A stretch of DNA of 29,846 nucleotides from Pseudomonadota bacterium (GTDB taxonomy: Bacteria; Bdellovibrionota_B; Oligoflexia; Oligoflexales; CAIYRB01). Shown here one piece after another: positions 27,398 to 29,846 of this stretch. The notes below the pieces were generated by a model, which saw only the letters and a list, made by a program, of their open reading frames with translations, was not told the DNA's origin and did not search any database. The stretch's first letter is position 1. Every line of letters begins with the position of its first letter. The translations under genes were made by a program, and so were the position numbers. Location of the stretch: NCBI GenBank assembly GCA_031416315.1, contig JANOTL010000072.1, positions 1 through 29,846 of the forward strand, read 5' to 3'.

Positions 27398-28140
27398 GTG
27401 TAGAGGCCTCCGTTCACCCGAAGGACGGCGCCGGTGACGTAGCTGCAGTCGTCACCGGTAAGGAAGCGGATCGTCTTCGCGACCTCCTCGGGGCGGCCGA
27501 AGCGACCGGTCGGAATCATGCGGCGCAGCTCTTCCTGGTGCTGCGGCGCGATCTCTCGCGTCATGTCGGTCTCGATGAGGCCGGGGCTGACGACGTTGAC
27601 CAAGATGCCCTTGGCGGCGAGCTCTTTGGCGAGGGATTTCGACGCGGCGATCAGGGCGCCCTTCGCCGCGGCGTAGTTCGCCTGGCCGCGGTTGCCGGCT
27701 TCGCCAGAGATCGAGGCCAGGACGACGATGCGACCCCAGCGGTTCGCGAGCATGTGCGGCAGGCAGAGCTTGTTGATGTGGAAGAATGAGTTGAGCGAGG
27801 CGTCGATGACGCTCGACCACTGCTCGTCGTCCATGAAGAAGAACGCCTGGTCGGCGGTCATGCCGGCGTTGTGAACGACGACGTCGAAGCCGCCATTGGC
27901 TTCGATCTCGCCGGCGAGCGCCGCGAGGAGCTGCGGCTTGTCGTTCAAGTCGAGCCGCAAGGCCGAGACTTTGTGCCCGGCGTCGCGCAGCTCGCCGCCG
28001 ACGGCGCGCGCGACGTCCTCGCTCTGGCGGTAGGTGAACACGATCTCCGCACCCGCTTCCCCGTCCCGGGACTGCGCCAGCTCGCGAACCGTCGCGAGAC
28101 CGATGCCGCGAGTGCCGCCGGTGATCAGGACGCGTCGGAT
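27394..28140 (-). CDS. fabG: 3-oxoacyl-ACP reductase (FabG/ApeQ-like)
   Basis: HNAG, GNRGQANYAAAK, VSPGLIETDM, GRFG.PEEVA. The frame is open 33 codons upstream of the tracked GTG (28041) and includes RRVLITGGTRGIG, starting at ATC 28140. Confidence 0.9.
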   Translation of the reverse strand: MRRVLITGGTRGIGLATVRELAQSRDGEAGAEIVFTYRQSEDVARAVGGELRDAGHKVSALRLDLNDKPQLLAALAGEIEANGGFDVVVHNAGMTADQAFFFMDDEQWSSVIDASLNSFFHINKLCLPHMLANRWGRIVVLASISGEAGNRGQANYAAAKGALIAASKSLAKELAAKGILVNVVSPGLIETDMTREIAPQHQEELRRMIPTGRFGRPEEVAKTIRFLTGDDCSYVTGAVLRVNGGLYT

Positions 28141-28631
28141 GGGAGGCTCCTTTCTTCATCGGTCACGAACTTCATCACGCAGCGCGCGACGTCTTCGCCG
28201 CCCTCGCGGGCGACGGCCTCGTACTGACCTATGGGATAGAATGCGTGGATCAACTGGACGTCGATCTCCAGAATACTGCCGAGAGTCGGCGGTTTTCCAG
28301 GCAATAATCGATACTCGTCGATGGCGACCAGGTAGCCCAATTTGAGCCGCTTGCCGTCTCCAGCCCCGTTCTGCAGGCCGAAGATCGCGCCGATCGCCTG
28401 CGCCATGATCTCGATGAGCCAGTGATCCGCGAAACGGCCTGCCGCGTCGCAGTAAGCCTTGCCCGGGACGAGCGTGGCGGTGACCGCGCCGTTGCCGGCG
28501 AAATCGGTCGAGCGCACCGCGTCGACGAGCAGCATGCCGCGGCGGTGCGGCACCAAGGCGTCGATGGGCGGTAGCGGCGGCGGCGCTGGGCGCGCCGTCT
28601 CGTGAGGAGTCGCGACGGGAGTTCGAGGCAT
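28125..28631 (-). CDS. Hotdog-fold 3-hydroxyacyl-ACP dehydratase (ApeP-like)
   Basis: LVPHR.GMLLVD, IEIMAQ, LGYLV motifs. Confidence 0.85.
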   Translation of the reverse strand: MPRTPVATPHETARPAPPPLPPIDALVPHRRGMLLVDAVRSTDFAGNGAVTATLVPGKAYCDAAGRFADHWLIEIMAQAIGAIFGLQNGAGDGKRLKLGYLVAIDEYRLLPGKPPTLGSILEIDVQLIHAFYPIGQYEAVAREGGEDVARCVMKFVTDEERSLPSDAS

Positions 28632-28688
28632 TCGCTCACGATGGAAGGTCTAGAAGGCTAAGTCAAGCCCGCGGCGGCTCAGGCAAGC

Positions 28689-29417
28689 TCATGAAAGGAA
28701 TGATGAAATGACGCTCTCGCCGGCGACCGAGGCCATGATGCGGTGGAAGGGGCCTTTTTTGGCGAGATCCAAGCGGAGGGGGTGGGCGGCGAGTGGGCTT
28801 TCGGCTTCGGTGGAAAGATGTGAGGGACCTTCCGTGAGGGTGCGCAGGGCGGCTGCGTAACGATCCGGATCGCCTGCATATTGTATCGAGACGAGGGTTG
28901 CGACGCGGTTCGGGGCGAGGCTCTCGGAGCGCGTGAGGAGCAGGGCTTCGCATTCAGCGGGAAGCTCGGCAGCGGCCGCCGAGACGGCGTGCTCGGCCGC
29001 GGAGAGAAGAAGGACGCGGTCGCGCAACCCGGCGGCGAGCTCGTGCGCCGCCCAGTAAAGTAGGAGATCGAAGGAGAGGAAGCCGTTCGCCGTCGTGATG
29101 CTGGGATCGCGTCGCCCGCTGGCGATCGAGACGTAGCCGGCGGCGGCGTTGTGGACCGAGTGCTGGAAAAAGACGGGGGACACCGGCAACGTCCGGTTCA
29201 AGATCGCGTCGGCAACGTTGAGCGTCGCGTCGACCTCGCCGAAGCGGGTGGCGAAGGCGATCAGAAGGCGTTCTTCGGGCTCGGCTCCGGCGTCGAGCGC
29301 GGGGCGGATTTGCGCGAAGCAAGCCATCGTCGCCTTTTGTAGCAAGCTCATGCGCCGCGTCGCGGGCGTGGTCTCCTTGGGAGCGGTGGCATAGGCGTAG
29401 GCGGCGACGGTGATCAT
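28689..29417 (-). CDS. Ketosynthase chain-length factor (ApeC-like)
   Basis: RRMS, FATRFGE, VSP..FQHSVHNAAAG. No catalytic Cys. Confidence 0.87.
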   Translation of the reverse strand: MITVAAYAYATAPKETTPATRRMSLLQKATMACFAQIRPALDAGAEPEERLLIAFATRFGEVDATLNVADAILNRTLPVSPVFFQHSVHNAAAGYVSIASGRRDPSITTANGFLSFDLLLYWAAHELAAGLRDRVLLLSAAEHAVSAAAAELPAECEALLLTRSESLAPNRVATLVSIQYAGDPDRYAAALRTLTEGPSHLSTEAESPLAAHPLRLDLAKKGPFHRIMASVAGESVISSFLS

Positions 29418-29797
29418 GGCGGCGCCGCAAAGACGAGGCTGGCGTCGTTGCCGCCGAAGCCGAAGGAGTTGGAGAGCACGTGCTCGAGGCGCATCTCGTG
29501 CATCAGCGCGAGCGAGACGGCGGCCTCCAAGGCGCCGGCTCCTCCCAATGTGTGGCCGTGGAGGCGCTTTGTGGACTCAAAGGTGACGCCGCCCTCCGCG
29601 AAAATGCGGTCGATCGCCAGCTTCTCAGTGTGGTCGTTCGGGATGGTGCCGGTGCCGTGGGCGTTCAGGTAGTCGACGTCGCGGGGTTCGAGGCCGGCGT
29701 CCGCGAGCGCGCGGCGCATCGCGAGCTCCATGCCGCGGCCTTCCGGCTCGGGATGCGTCATGTGGTACGCATCGCTGGCGGCGCCGGCGCCGCCCCG
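29414..29797 (-). CDS. Beta-ketoacyl-ACP synthase (ApeO-like), C-terminal fragment only
   Basis: GAGAASDAYHMTHP, YLNAHGTGT..ND, STK..HGHTLG, SNSFGFGG. The frame hits a TAG at 29798-29800 in the degraded contig end. Confidence 0.88.
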   Translation of the reverse strand, partial: RGGAGAASDAYHMTHPEPEGRGMELAMRRALADAGLEPRDVDYLNAHGTGTIPNDHTEKLAIDRIFAEGGVTFESTKRLHGHTLGGAGALEAAVSLALMHEMRLEHVLSNSFGFGGNDASLVFAAPP

Positions 29798-29846
29798 CTA
29801 CGCGAGCGGTTGGGCGGCGCGCGCGCGCGCCGGGGGGTGGGGGGGG

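Larger units (their letters stand above)
16151..29797 (-). other. Aryl polyene-type (ape/xanthomonadin/flexirubin-like) type II PKS biosynthetic gene cluster, truncated at the right end
   Basis: Fourteen co-oriented, mostly overlapping genes matching the ape gene complement (2 KS, CLF, 2 DH, KR, ACP, acyltransferases, GT2, TE, LolA, MMPL, DUF3261, ligase) plus an ammonia-lyase. Confidence 0.9.

Noticed and set aside
26168..28140. Primary fatty-acid synthesis operon (fabG-acpP-fabF)
   Set aside because: The accompanying CLF, ApeP-like DH, GT2-acyltransferase, MMPL and LolA indicate an aryl-polyene-type cluster, and plsX, fabH and fabD are absent.
29798..29846. In-frame TAG and G/C runs suggesting a KS pseudogene, a repeat or a G-quadruplex
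   Set aside because: This is low-complexity sequence at the extreme end, most likely an assembly or read-end artefact.

Overview
High-GC bacterial contig fragment (roughly two-thirds G+C by eye). The gene mix loosely suggests a Bdellovibrionota/Oligoflexia- or Myxococcota-type organism, but that is inference only. Left half (1-16.1 kb): a divergent, 5'-damaged EgtD-family methyltransferase, an MCP chemoreceptor, several secreted or envelope proteins (lipoprotein, DUF4360 protein with a sigma-54 promoter, beta-barrel), a signal-less ChaN-like protein, two class III nucleotide cyclases (one with CHASE2-TM-cyclase-PilZ architecture), and a minus-strand operon of Cys-cluster protein-fmt-purN-ispA-CxxC protein-secreted protein. 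Right half (16.15-29.8 kb, all minus strand, mostly overlapping stop/start codons): an aryl-polyene (ape/xanthomonadin/flexirubin-like) type II PKS cluster that runs off the right end. In transcription order it is KS, CLF, DH, KR, KS, ACP, a membrane/acyltransferase/dehydratase triple fusion, GT2-acyltransferase, MIO ammonia-lyase, thioesterase, LolA-like carrier, MMPL, DUF3261-like lipoprotein and acyl-AMP ligase. Its ketoreductase appears to start at a non-canonical ATC. Both ends of the window look like degraded sequence. I saw no rRNA, tRNA, CRISPR array or mobile element. All family calls come from motif recognition by eye, not database searches.
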